From assembly GCA_963675495.1 (NCBI GenBank), contig OY776215.1, positions 1,728,001-1,792,000 on the forward strand: a stretch of DNA of 64,000 bases, given 5' to 3'. This document shows, one piece after another, positions 7,470-18,343 of the stretch (the first letter of the stretch is position 1; the number at the start of each line of letters is the position of its first letter). The notes under the pieces are model-generated. The model saw only the letters and a program-made list of their open reading frames with translations. It ran no database searches and was not told where the DNA came from. Position numbers and translations under genes: made by a program. This DNA is from an uncultured Methanolobus sp. (lineage in GTDB: Archaea; Halobacteriota; Methanosarcinia; Methanosarcinales; Methanosarcinaceae).

Positions 7470-10328
7470 ATGAAGCAGAATGACATGTCAATAAAAGCCA
7501 AATTAATCATGTATATCGTAGTTGGCGTTTTTTTGGTGCTTGTCGTTTCAACTGCTGTAAGTATCTCAACTGTGACTATACAACAAAGAGAACTTGCATA
7601 TCTTCAATCTGTAGAAATGGCGAGGGATTACGCGAACCAGTTCGATGGAGATATGAAGGCGAATATGGCTATTGCAGAAACTATTGCCAGAACAATGGAA
7701 ATGTACACAACTGCAGATAGGCAAGAAGTAAACAAAATTCTCGAAAATGTCCTTGAAGCATACCCCTCTCTTACAGGAGTTTATGTGGGATACGAACCTA
7801 ATGCATTTGATGGAAAAGATAATGAATATATCAATGCACATGCACACGATTCTACTGGAAGGTTCATACCTTACTGGAACACTATTCGTGGATTCATCGA
7901 TGTCGAACCCCTGGTAAATTATGATAAACAGGATTACTATCAACTTCCAAAAGCAACACATGAAAATATTGTTACTGAACCTTATTTTTATCAAGGTATC
8001 TTCATGGTCAGCTTTGATTCACCTATCTTTAAAGATGAAAAATTCATAGGTGTTGGTGGTGTTGATGTATCTCTTGGTTACATCGATGATGTGGTAAGTG
8101 ACATAAAAGCTTTTGACACCGGATATGCATTTGTGACAGGAAATACCGGTATTCTTGTGTCACATCCTGAATACAAAGAAAGAATGGGAACACACACTCT
8201 TTATGATTTTGGTATACCTGAAATATCAGCAGCTGCAGATGACATCAAAATGGGAAAGGGCGGAAGTGTTGAAACCATCGATCCCGCCACAGGCAAAGAA
8301 GTCATAATGTTCTACGAGCCTGTAAAAACAGGTAATTATTCTTTTGTGCTTGTAGTCCCAAAAGAAGAAATGTTTGCCGGAGTCACTGAACTCAGGAATA
8401 AACTGATTATCATATCCATGATCTCAATCTGTTTTATGGGCTTTGTCTCTTATCTGATAGCAACATCAATAACTTCTCCTATAGATGAAATTGTAAATAA
8501 CTTCAGAAATATCGCTCAGGATGCCGTTGATGGAAAACTGGATACAAGGGCACAAACCGATGTAGAGATAGACTTCAAGGAAATTCCAATCGGACTTAAT
8601 ATGATATTGGATGCTGTGATAGCACCTATCCGGGAATCGATAAGAGTTACAAATGCCCTTGCAAAAGGGGAGTTGGGAACACGTACCGAGCTGGAACTTA
8701 AAGGGGAATTTAAGCATCTTGGAGATACATTGGATAATTTTGCAGGTTCCTTGAACAATATTATTAAAGATTCCAGTAATGTGCTTACTGCTATACAGAA
8801 CAATGATTTCTCCCGTAGTGTCCAGGTCCATGGTGAAAGTGATTTCAAGGTTCTAACGGACGGAATAGAAAAGACAAGAAACTCGTTAGATCTGGCTATT
8901 CACGAGCAAAGAAGAGCAGAAAAAGCTCTCAGTGATTCTGAAAGGAAGTTCAGGACTTTGTTTGAAAGTCCAAATGATGCAATATATCTTACTGATATGC
9001 AAGGAAATATCCTGGAAGTAAATGAGATCGCATGTTCAAGAATGGGATACAACCGCAATGAACTTCTTTCCCTGAGGTACATGGATATTGACGCTTCCAA
9101 CCGTGGACAGGATTTTCTTAGACTTCTCAAAGAGCTATGTAAAATCAAAACCAACCTATTAGAAACAATTCACATGAGAAAAGATGGTACTGTTTTTCCA
9201 GTAGAATTAAGCAGCCGAATGATCATGTTTGATGGATATACAGCAATCATTACCATTGCAAGAGATGTCAGCAAAAGAAAAGAAACCGAAAAAGAACTTA
9301 AAAACTACGCTAAAGAGCTTAAACATTCCAATGAGCTTAAAGAAGAAATGGAGCACATAATCAATAACAGTCCTGTTATAGTCTTCAAATGGAAAACAGA
9401 AACTGATTGGCCAGTAGAATTCGTTTCCGAAAACATCGCAAAACTTGGTTATACTGTAGAGGATTTTACATCAAACCGTATCAAATATGCCGATATAATA
9501 CACCCGGAAGACAGTGAAAGAACACATTTACATATTTCCAATTATTATATGAAAAAAGATGCTGAACTGAACTATGAGTATAGAATAATCACAAAATCAG
9601 GCGACATAAGATGGGTAGATGAAAGGACTTTCTCAAGACGTGATCATTCCGGCAGAATCACACTACAAGGTATCATTCTTGATATAACTGAACGGAAAAA
9701 GGTGGAAGAGGCACTTTTGCAGGGAGAGAAAATACGTAAGAAAGAAATACATCATCGTGTTAAGAATAATTTGCAGGTAATCTCAAGTCTTCTTTATCTT
9801 GCATCTGACAATTTTGAAGATCCGAATGTAATAGAAGCATTCATGGACAGTCGTAACCGTGTTCGTTCAATGGCTCTGATACACGAAGAGCTATACCAAT
9901 CCGGGGATATGACAAGCATTGACTTTTCTGATTACACGGAGAAATTGATGGATTATTTATCCAAATCTTACGGAACTGGAAACGAGAGCATTGAACTGAG
10001 TTCGAATATTGAAAATGTTTATTTGAATGTTGATACTGCTGTTCCACTAGGTATGATAATCAACGAACTTGTTTCAAACTCACTAAAACACGCTTTCCCT
10101 GAAATGAAAGAAGGGAAGATAAGTGTAGAACTTAGAGTACTGAAAGGGAATATCCTGTTGAGAATAAAAGACAATGGAATAGGACTTTCTTCTAAGATCG
10201 ATTACAGAAATACTGAATCTCTGGGTTTGCAACTTGTGGTCACACTAGTTGACCAGATTGATGGTACTATTGAACTAAATGCAATTGATGGAACTGAATT
10301 TTCCATAAATTTTAAAGAAAGAAAATAG
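7470..10328 (+). CDS. Membrane sensor histidine kinase (dCache-HAMP-PAS-PAS-HisKA_2-HATPase)
   Basis: Two TM helices flank a Cache domain (GRFIPYW...EPYF); PAS/PAC motifs; EIHHRVKNNLQ H-box; DNGIG and SLGLQLV ATP-lid motifs. Confidence 0.92.
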   Translation: MKQNDMSIKAKLIMYIVVGVFLVLVVSTAVSISTVTIQQRELAYLQSVEMARDYANQFDGDMKANMAIAETIARTMEMYTTADRQEVNKILENVLEAYPSLTGVYVGYEPNAFDGKDNEYINAHAHDSTGRFIPYWNTIRGFIDVEPLVNYDKQDYYQLPKATHENIVTEPYFYQGIFMVSFDSPIFKDEKFIGVGGVDVSLGYIDDVVSDIKAFDTGYAFVTGNTGILVSHPEYKERMGTHTLYDFGIPEISAAADDIKMGKGGSVETIDPATGKEVIMFYEPVKTGNYSFVLVVPKEEMFAGVTELRNKLIIISMISICFMGFVSYLIATSITSPIDEIVNNFRNIAQDAVDGKLDTRAQTDVEIDFKEIPIGLNMILDAVIAPIRESIRVTNALAKGELGTRTELELKGEFKHLGDTLDNFAGSLNNIIKDSSNVLTAIQNNDFSRSVQVHGESDFKVLTDGIEKTRNSLDLAIHEQRRAEKALSDSERKFRTLFESPNDAIYLTDMQGNILEVNEIACSRMGYNRNELLSLRYMDIDASNRGQDFLRLLKELCKIKTNLLETIHMRKDGTVFPVELSSRMIMFDGYTAIITIARDVSKRKETEKELKNYAKELKHSNELKEEMEHIINNSPVIVFKWKTETDWPVEFVSENIAKLGYTVEDFTSNRIKYADIIHPEDSERTHLHISNYYMKKDAELNYEYRIITKSGDIRWVDERTFSRRDHSGRITLQGIILDITERKKVEEALLQGEKIRKKEIHHRVKNNLQVISSLLYLASDNFEDPNVIEAFMDSRNRVRSMALIHEELYQSGDMTSIDFSDYTEKLMDYLSKSYGTGNESIELSSNIENVYLNVDTAVPLGMIINELVSNSLKHAFPEMKEGKISVELRVLKGNILLRIKDNGIGLSSKIDYRNTESLGLQLVVTLVDQIDGTIELNAIDGTEFSINFKERK

Positions 10329-10339
10329 AAGGTGTAAAG

Positions 10340-10735
10340 ATGGATAATCCAAAGATACTGGTCGTTGAAGATGAAAATGTCGTTGCTTTGGAGCTAAAGA
10401 AAAGACTCAAAAAACTTGGTTATCAGGTATCTAGCGTTGCATCATCCGGAAAAGAAGCCATTAATAAAGCTGAAGGTTTTCTTCCAAATCTTGTGATAAT
10501 GGATATCAGGCTAAAAGGAGATATGGATGGAATCCAGGCGGCACAAATAATCAGGGAGAAGTTTAATATACCAGTGATATATCTCACGGCCCACTCAGAT
10601 GATGAGACACTTAAAAGAGCTAAACAAACAGAACCTTATGGATACATACTAAAACCTTTTGAAGAAGACGACCTGCGAACCACAATCGAAATAGCACTTT
10701 ATAAGCATCAAGTAGAAAATTCTCCTACAAAATAA
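10340..10735 (+). CDS. Single-domain response regulator (REC)
   Basis: ILVVEDE, MDIRL, LTAHSD and YILKPF receiver motifs. Confidence 0.93.
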   Translation: MDNPKILVVEDENVVALELKKRLKKLGYQVSSVASSGKEAINKAEGFLPNLVIMDIRLKGDMDGIQAAQIIREKFNIPVIYLTAHSDDETLKRAKQTEPYGYILKPFEEDDLRTTIEIALYKHQVENSPTK

Positions 10736-10862
10736 GCATTATTTGAATTCATCAGGGACATCTGGAAGCTTTTATTTGAAGAGAGGCTTAAAGTTTTCAA
10801 AGAGAATATAGTCTTTTGATTTAAAATTGAACTTTGTTGAGGATTCATTTGGATATCACAAA

Positions 10863-11255
10863 TTACCATACCTTATGACAATTCACATTCCATACAAACA
10901 ATAACACCAAATTATGCTATATATTATTCTATTCTACTGGAAAGTATCCCTTTAATAAAAGGGTCCATATCCATAGGCAGGAATACGGGTCGGTATTCCT
11001 GCACTTCCCCAAAAATTAGCAGGTTTGCCGGAATGTATATTTTGTCGTTTAACTAAAATCAATAATCCTTATCAGTGTGTTTGATGTTACGATTATCATA
11101 CCCCATGACAATTCACATGTCATGCAAATAATAACACCAAATTATACTATATAATATTCTGTTTTAAGGTAAAAAGCCCCTTAACAAAAGGACCCAGATC
11201 TATTGGTAAGAATGCGGATTACTATCCCTGTAACTCCAAAAATCAATTGCTTTAT
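10863..11255 (+). repeat. Two diverged tandem non-coding repeats (about 160 bp, 230-bp period) upstream of pylS
   Basis: atgacaattcaca...ataacaccaaattat.ctatata.tattct at 10875 and 11105, with continued similarity through ...ccaaaaat. Confidence 0.8.
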
Positions 11256-11385
11256 CGTAAGCTTTATATAATAAATCTGGCCGTCCACATACACAAACTA
11301 TAAGTACTATGAATTATGGACAATATATATATATGCCGATGATTAACATTAACATGTTTCTTTAGTCGATACAAACACGACATAA

Positions 11386-12852
<1,467 letters not shown>

Positions 12853-12861
12853 GGTGGTATC

Positions 12862-13953
12862 ATGATAAAAAATATTGATTACCATGGCCTTGACATATTC
12901 GCACAGGATATTATAAGTGGCCTTCAGCTCACAGATGCTAACCTAAGAGAACTGCTCTCCCTTACAGAAAAACAAGATCTCCAAAAGCTGCACTACGTTG
13001 CAAGAAAAGTGAGAGATCATTTCTTTGGGAACAAAGTTTTCCTCTACAGTTTCGTTTACTTCTCAACCCACTGCAAAAATAACTGCACTTTCTGTTACTA
13101 CAACAGGTGCAACGATATACAGCGATACCGCCTTGGTATGGATGAGATACGCAATATTTGCAGGGCAGTGAAAAACGAAAGCATACATATGGTTGACCTG
13201 ACAATGGGAGAGGACCCATATTTTCACAATAATCCTGAAAGATTCGTTGATATTGTCAAAGCAGTCAAAGAAGAAACCGGTCTTCCAGTTATGATCTCAC
13301 CAGGAGTCATGAATGATGAAACACTAAGCAGACTTCATGAGATGGGAGCTGATTTTCTTGCCCTGTATCAGGAAACACATGATGTTGATCTCTTCCATAA
13401 ACTGAGAGTAGGCCAATCATTTGAAGAAAGAATGCATTCAAGGCAATTTGCCAAAAATATCGGCTACTGCGTGGAAGATGGTATACTCACAGGCGTTGGG
13501 AATGATATAGATTCAACCATAAAATCCCTGCGCGGAATGCAGAAGAGCAGACCTGACATGGTACGTGTCATGACCTTTGTTCCACAGGAAGGAACTCCTC
13601 TTGAGGAAATAGATCAGCAGTCCAGTCTCTCTGAACTTAAGATAATATCAATACTAAGGCTGATGTTCCCTGACAGGCTTATACCCGCATCCCTTGACCT
13701 TGAGGGAATAGATGGCATGGTACATCGCCTTAATGCAGGTGCCAATGTGGTCACATCGATAATACCATCCGATTCTCCACTTGAAGGCGTTGTCAATTAT
13801 GACAGAGAACTTGAAGAAAGGGACAGGGATCCAAAAAGTGTTGTCAAACGCCTCAAGTCTATGGGTATGGAACCTGCAAGCCAGGATGAGTTCAACAGAA
13901 TAATAGGAAAATCAATACCAAAGACAGTCGAAGTGCCGGTTGTGGCAGTATGA
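12862..13953 (+). CDS. pylB: 3-methylornithine synthase (radical SAM)
   Basis: CxxxCxxC motif (CKNNCTFC), MVDLTMGEDP; operon position after pylS. Confidence 0.97.
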   Translation: MIKNIDYHGLDIFAQDIISGLQLTDANLRELLSLTEKQDLQKLHYVARKVRDHFFGNKVFLYSFVYFSTHCKNNCTFCYYNRCNDIQRYRLGMDEIRNICRAVKNESIHMVDLTMGEDPYFHNNPERFVDIVKAVKEETGLPVMISPGVMNDETLSRLHEMGADFLALYQETHDVDLFHKLRVGQSFEERMHSRQFAKNIGYCVEDGILTGVGNDIDSTIKSLRGMQKSRPDMVRVMTFVPQEGTPLEEIDQQSSLSELKIISILRLMFPDRLIPASLDLEGIDGMVHRLNAGANVVTSIIPSDSPLEGVVNYDRELEERDRDPKSVVKRLKSMGMEPASQDEFNRIIGKSIPKTVEVPVVAV

Positions 13954-15047
13954 AAAACATATGCATTATCGGAGGCAAACTACAAGGTTTTGAGGTCTCT
14001 TATCTTGCCCATAAGGCAGGCATTAATGTTGTGCTTGTGGACCGCAAGGCAAAACCCCTTATATGCAATGTTGTTGACAGTTTCCAATGCTTTGACATAA
14101 CCGAGGAACCCGAAAAACTGAGAGAAATCTCAGAAAATGTAGATGCCATCATTCCGGTAAATGAGAACCTGATAACCATAGAATTTTTAAGAAGTATAGA
14201 GAATGAACTTGCATGCCCTATACTCTTCGATTTTGATGCCTACTACGTAAGCATGGATAAGAAGCGTTCAAAGGATTATTTCAAGTCAATTGATATACCC
14301 ACACCTGAAGATAAGCCCTCCAAGCCACCATATTTTGTGAAACCACCTTGTGAGAGCAGCAGCATTGGAACCTCCATAATATATGATGACATAGGTCTCG
14401 AAGGCCTTGACCCTTCGATGCTTATCGAGGAATATGTTGAGGGTGATGTTGTTTCCCTTGAAGTCGTAGGGGATGGCAGAAACTACGCAGTTCTAAAGGA
14501 AACGAAGATACATATCGATGATACGTACGACTGCCATATGGTGACTCCCATCGATAACTATCCTGAGTTCAGAAAAATAAGTTATGAACTGGCAAAGAAC
14601 CTCAACCTTCGGGGAATAATGGATGTTGAGGCAATAGATAGTCCTCAGGGACTGAAAGTACTTGAGATAGATGCGAGATTCCCGAGCCAGACACCTACTG
14701 CTGTCTACCATTCTACAGGAATAAATCTGGTAGAAATTCTCATGCAAGCGTTTTCAGAAGGAGTTCAAGAGTTGGAAATAGCTCCTGAAAAGAATTACTG
14801 CATCTATGAGCACCTGCTCCTTGATGGTGGAAACCTGAAACCTGTTGGGGAGCATGTCCTCTCACAGGGCTACGAATACGTACAGTTCCATGCTTCTGAG
14901 GGGCTTGAAATATTCGAGTCAAAGGGAAAGAACAGTGTTTTCACTCTTATAAGCTGGGGAACTGACAGGAAAGAAACTGAAAAAATGAGACAAAGCGGAA
15001 TGGAAATGATAATTGAACATTTCCAGACAAATCCACAGGAGGTATAA
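13950..15047 (+). CDS. pylC: 3-methylornithine--L-lysine ligase (ATP-grasp)
   Basis: GGKLQGFE and LEIDARFPSQTP motifs; operon position. Confidence 0.96.
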   Translation: MKNICIIGGKLQGFEVSYLAHKAGINVVLVDRKAKPLICNVVDSFQCFDITEEPEKLREISENVDAIIPVNENLITIEFLRSIENELACPILFDFDAYYVSMDKKRSKDYFKSIDIPTPEDKPSKPPYFVKPPCESSSIGTSIIYDDIGLEGLDPSMLIEEYVEGDVVSLEVVGDGRNYAVLKETKIHIDDTYDCHMVTPIDNYPEFRKISYELAKNLNLRGIMDVEAIDSPQGLKVLEIDARFPSQTPTAVYHSTGINLVEILMQAFSEGVQELEIAPEKNYCIYEHLLLDGGNLKPVGEHVLSQGYEYVQFHASEGLEIFESKGKNSVFTLISWGTDRKETEKMRQSGMEMIIEHFQTNPQEV

Positions 15048-15048
15048 A

Positions 15049-15834
15049 ATGGCACTTTTGACACCAGAAGACCTGGAAAACCTTTCAATGCAGCTTGAAG
15101 AAAATGATGAGATCGCAAGAAGGGTCACGGGTCTTGATATAAGGGGAATATGCGAATCACTTTACGGAACAAAACCAGGTTCTGAAAAAGTAGGTATCAT
15201 ACCCATCACCGCGGGAAACGGTGTTATCGGTAATTTCACGTCTTCTCTTCTCTATATAGTCGAATACTTCGGCTTTGAAGGATTCATATCAGAGCATCCG
15301 GATGTTACAGGTTACTATGAAGCCGTGTCCCAGGGAGCTGACATAATAATGATGGCAGATGATCATATTTTCACTGCTCACAACCTGAGGAACGAGAAGA
15401 TCGTCGGCAATCATGTGGCTACAGGTGTTATTTATGCGGACATTGCTTCAAGGTTCCAGGAAGCCAGTTCAAAGGATATACTAGTAATTGGACTTGGAAG
15501 AGTTGGTTATGCAGGAGCATGTCATCTTGTAGACAAGGGTTTCAATGTCTATGCCTGCGATCCTAACAAGAAATTCCTTCAAAAAGCTGTTGATGAACTT
15601 GGCATAAAACCTTACTGCAGTGATGACAGGAAGAAATTTTCCATGGTTTTTGAAGCCACACCCAATGCAGACACAATATCAGAAGGCATGATCGAAGAAA
15701 GATGCCTTGTCTCAACCCCTGGGATACCGTGTGGACTTCCGCCTGAAGTCGGAAAGAAATATCGTGTTGACCTTGTGATGGAGCCTCTTGTGATAGGGGT
15801 TGCTTCAATGTTGTATTCTGTAATTCAAAACTAA
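15049..15834 (+). CDS. pylD: Pyrrolysine synthase (dehydrogenase)
   Basis: MALLTPEDL start; MADD; GLGRVG Rossmann motif; PGIP. Confidence 0.96.
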   Translation: MALLTPEDLENLSMQLEENDEIARRVTGLDIRGICESLYGTKPGSEKVGIIPITAGNGVIGNFTSSLLYIVEYFGFEGFISEHPDVTGYYEAVSQGADIIMMADDHIFTAHNLRNEKIVGNHVATGVIYADIASRFQEASSKDILVIGLGRVGYAGACHLVDKGFNVYACDPNKKFLQKAVDELGIKPYCSDDRKKFSMVFEATPNADTISEGMIEERCLVSTPGIPCGLPPEVGKKYRVDLVMEPLVIGVASMLYSVIQN

Positions 15835-15848
15835 AGGAGTAACAAGAA

Positions 15849-17483
15849 ATGTATGTGATTTCACTGGACCTTGGAACTAGCGGTTTCAGGGCACAACTTA
15901 TAGACCTTGAAAAGAAAGAAACTTTAAAGACTGTGATTACAATGGGCCACCCGCTTCCCGGTGGAAATGTCATGGACCACCTTGATTTTGCCATGGCTAC
16001 CGGAGAAGATGTAGCTCACAGGCTGATCATTGAAACTGTAAAGGAGATTCTGGAAAAGTTCGATGTGGAACCTGAAAAGATAGAGCGTATAGCAGTCTGT
16101 GGAAATCCCATACAACTCTCGCTTTTCCAGAATATGGAGATAAGGGACCTTGCATACGCAGGTGAGAACAAACAGAAATCCCTTGGAGTGGAAGATGTCA
16201 AAAGAGATGCCAGGATATTCCCTGCAAATGAGATATTCAAAGGTATCTTTGAAATGGATAACTGTGAGGTAATCGTTCCTCCAGCCATCAAACACGAGAT
16301 CGGTGCCGATGCTCTTGCCATGATGCTGGAAACCGATTTCATCAACCAGACAGAACCGTGTCTTGTTACTGATTACGGCACCAATGCCGAGATGGCACTG
16401 AAGATAGGCGACAGAATAATAACTGCAAGTGCAGCTGCAGGACCTGCTATTGAAGGACAGGGTATAGCATGTGGAATGCTGGCTGGTCCAGGCGCAATAA
16501 GTGATATAACTATTGAGAACGGTCTCTGGAGACTTACTGTTCTTGACAGGACAATGAGCCCCGGTGAAGGACCTCTTGTTGATCCTGTTACAGGGGAGAT
16601 CGCTGAGGAGGGTGGATTGATCCCAAAGGGTATCACTGGAACCGGTGTTATCTCTACAATCGCACTAGCCATCAGGGAAGGACTCATGACGAAGATACCC
16701 GAACTGCCCAATGGAAAACTGATACTCAGTGAAAATATAATGATTAACAACAAGGATGTGGAGGAAGTAGGCAAGGCTATAGGCGCTATACGTGCAGCTC
16801 ATCTAACACTCATGGTTGAATCTGGCGTGAAATACGAGGATCTCACCTACTCATATATGTCAGGGGCAACCGGGACATATGTGAATGCTGAAAAAGCAAG
16901 ATACATAGGATCGGTACCTGGATTTTCCAAAAATATCATTCAGTTTGGGAACACATCCCTGGGGCTTGCAAGGAAGATCGCTATTGACAGGTCAAAACTT
17001 GATGAGGTCATAGAGATCGCAAAGAAGATACAGGCCGACCACCTGATGATGGCCACCAGCGAGACCTTCAAAGACATATATATGTGCGAGCTATCGAAAT
17101 GGCAACAGGGAATGCCTGAAGATGTGTATAAACAGATGCTTGAGATGTACAACATCCCTGTGTTCCCTGAGAACATTAAAGAAGTTGAAATAGAAAAAAG
17201 GGTTGTCAGGGACATTGATGACGTGGGGAAACTTGGCCTTGATATCGTAAAGGACATAGGGATCATTCTTGAAGCACCGGTGGTTGATTGCATACTCTGT
17301 CATAAATGTGAGCAGGAATGCCCTGAAGATGCGATTATAATAATTCAGAAGGATGGAGAAAAAGAAAGATATGCCGATATCGACAGTCAGCACTGTCTTG
17401 GTACAAGCTGCAGGCGTTGTGTTGCCATATGTCCTGTGCAGACCATAGACCACAAGATACTGAAAATAAAGGAAAAGAACTAA
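15849..17483 (+). CDS. ramA: Methylamine methyltransferase corrinoid protein reductive activase
   Basis: ASKHA-type DLGTSGFRAQ and DYGTNAEMAL motifs; C-terminal 2x[4Fe-4S] ferredoxin domain; follows pylD. Confidence 0.92.
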   Translation: MYVISLDLGTSGFRAQLIDLEKKETLKTVITMGHPLPGGNVMDHLDFAMATGEDVAHRLIIETVKEILEKFDVEPEKIERIAVCGNPIQLSLFQNMEIRDLAYAGENKQKSLGVEDVKRDARIFPANEIFKGIFEMDNCEVIVPPAIKHEIGADALAMMLETDFINQTEPCLVTDYGTNAEMALKIGDRIITASAAAGPAIEGQGIACGMLAGPGAISDITIENGLWRLTVLDRTMSPGEGPLVDPVTGEIAEEGGLIPKGITGTGVISTIALAIREGLMTKIPELPNGKLILSENIMINNKDVEEVGKAIGAIRAAHLTLMVESGVKYEDLTYSYMSGATGTYVNAEKARYIGSVPGFSKNIIQFGNTSLGLARKIAIDRSKLDEVIEIAKKIQADHLMMATSETFKDIYMCELSKWQQGMPEDVYKQMLEMYNIPVFPENIKEVEIEKRVVRDIDDVGKLGLDIVKDIGIILEAPVVDCILCHKCEQECPEDAIIIIQKDGEKERYADIDSQHCLGTSCRRCVAICPVQTIDHKILKIKEKN

Positions 17484-17555
17484 AAAATGAGAGATCACTC
17501 ATTTATTTTTAAAATTTGTTCTTGAGTGATTCTTATTTTTTATTTCTTTTTTATT

Positions 17556-18239
17556 TCAGGTTAAGAATTCTTCTAATGATGCCCAATAAACTTCATGTCC
17601 TTTTACTGATTTCCACAAAGATTTAGAGCCATGAAAACCTTCTTCTTCAGGTTTAAATTGAGTTATGTACTTTTTATTTACGAACCTGAATAATTCGTCC
17701 GTATTTTTTATCTCTTTTTTTGCAGATGCAACAAAGGTTGGTTTGTTTAGAGACCGAATTTCTGCTGCCAGATCTATCTTTTTCAAATGTTCGATCGGGC
17801 TAAATGCTATCACTGATCTTATCATTTCATTATCAGATGGAATTAATAAGGCTAAAGAAGCGGAGTAAGAACTTCCAAAAATAATAATTGGATCGTTGTT
17901 GTTTAATTTATATGAATATTCTACAGCAGCTTCGATATCCTTTCTTGCATCCAAATATCCTGTAGCTAAACCTTTTTGTTTAGCTAATGTAGATGTTTCA
18001 TTTGTTACCCCCAGTACATTCATCCCGGAACGCTGGTTTATTGCCAAAAAGGAAAAACCTAGATCATTCAATTTCAAAGCTGTCTCGCGATATTCTCCTC
18101 TGTTAAAATAAGAACGATGGCACAGGACAATAAATCCTTTAGCTTTTTTTAAAAGGTACAGATCAGCTGTTATTACCAGACCGTCTTTTGATTCAAACTC
18201 AATTGTTTTGTATTTTGTATTTTAATTATCTTTATTCAT
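17556..18239 (-). pseudogene. Alpha/beta hydrolase, possibly inactivated by an ochre codon at codon 6
   Basis: GSSYSAS nucleophile elbow. The frame extends upstream of 18077 (FESKDGLVITADLY...LCHRS) to ATG 18239, but an in-frame TAA lies at 18222-18224. Confidence 0.6.
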
Positions 18240-18343
18240 CTTTACACAACTTAATATAAACTTGTAGACAATAAACAGCATCAAAATTTAACAATGTTTT
18301 GAGAAAGAGTTCGAAAATATGTTAATAGACCAAAAATAAGAGC

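Noticed and set aside
10939-11010. Functional tRNA-Pyl gene
   Set aside because: No CUA anticodon loop or proper cloverleaf; kept only as a candidate structured RNA.
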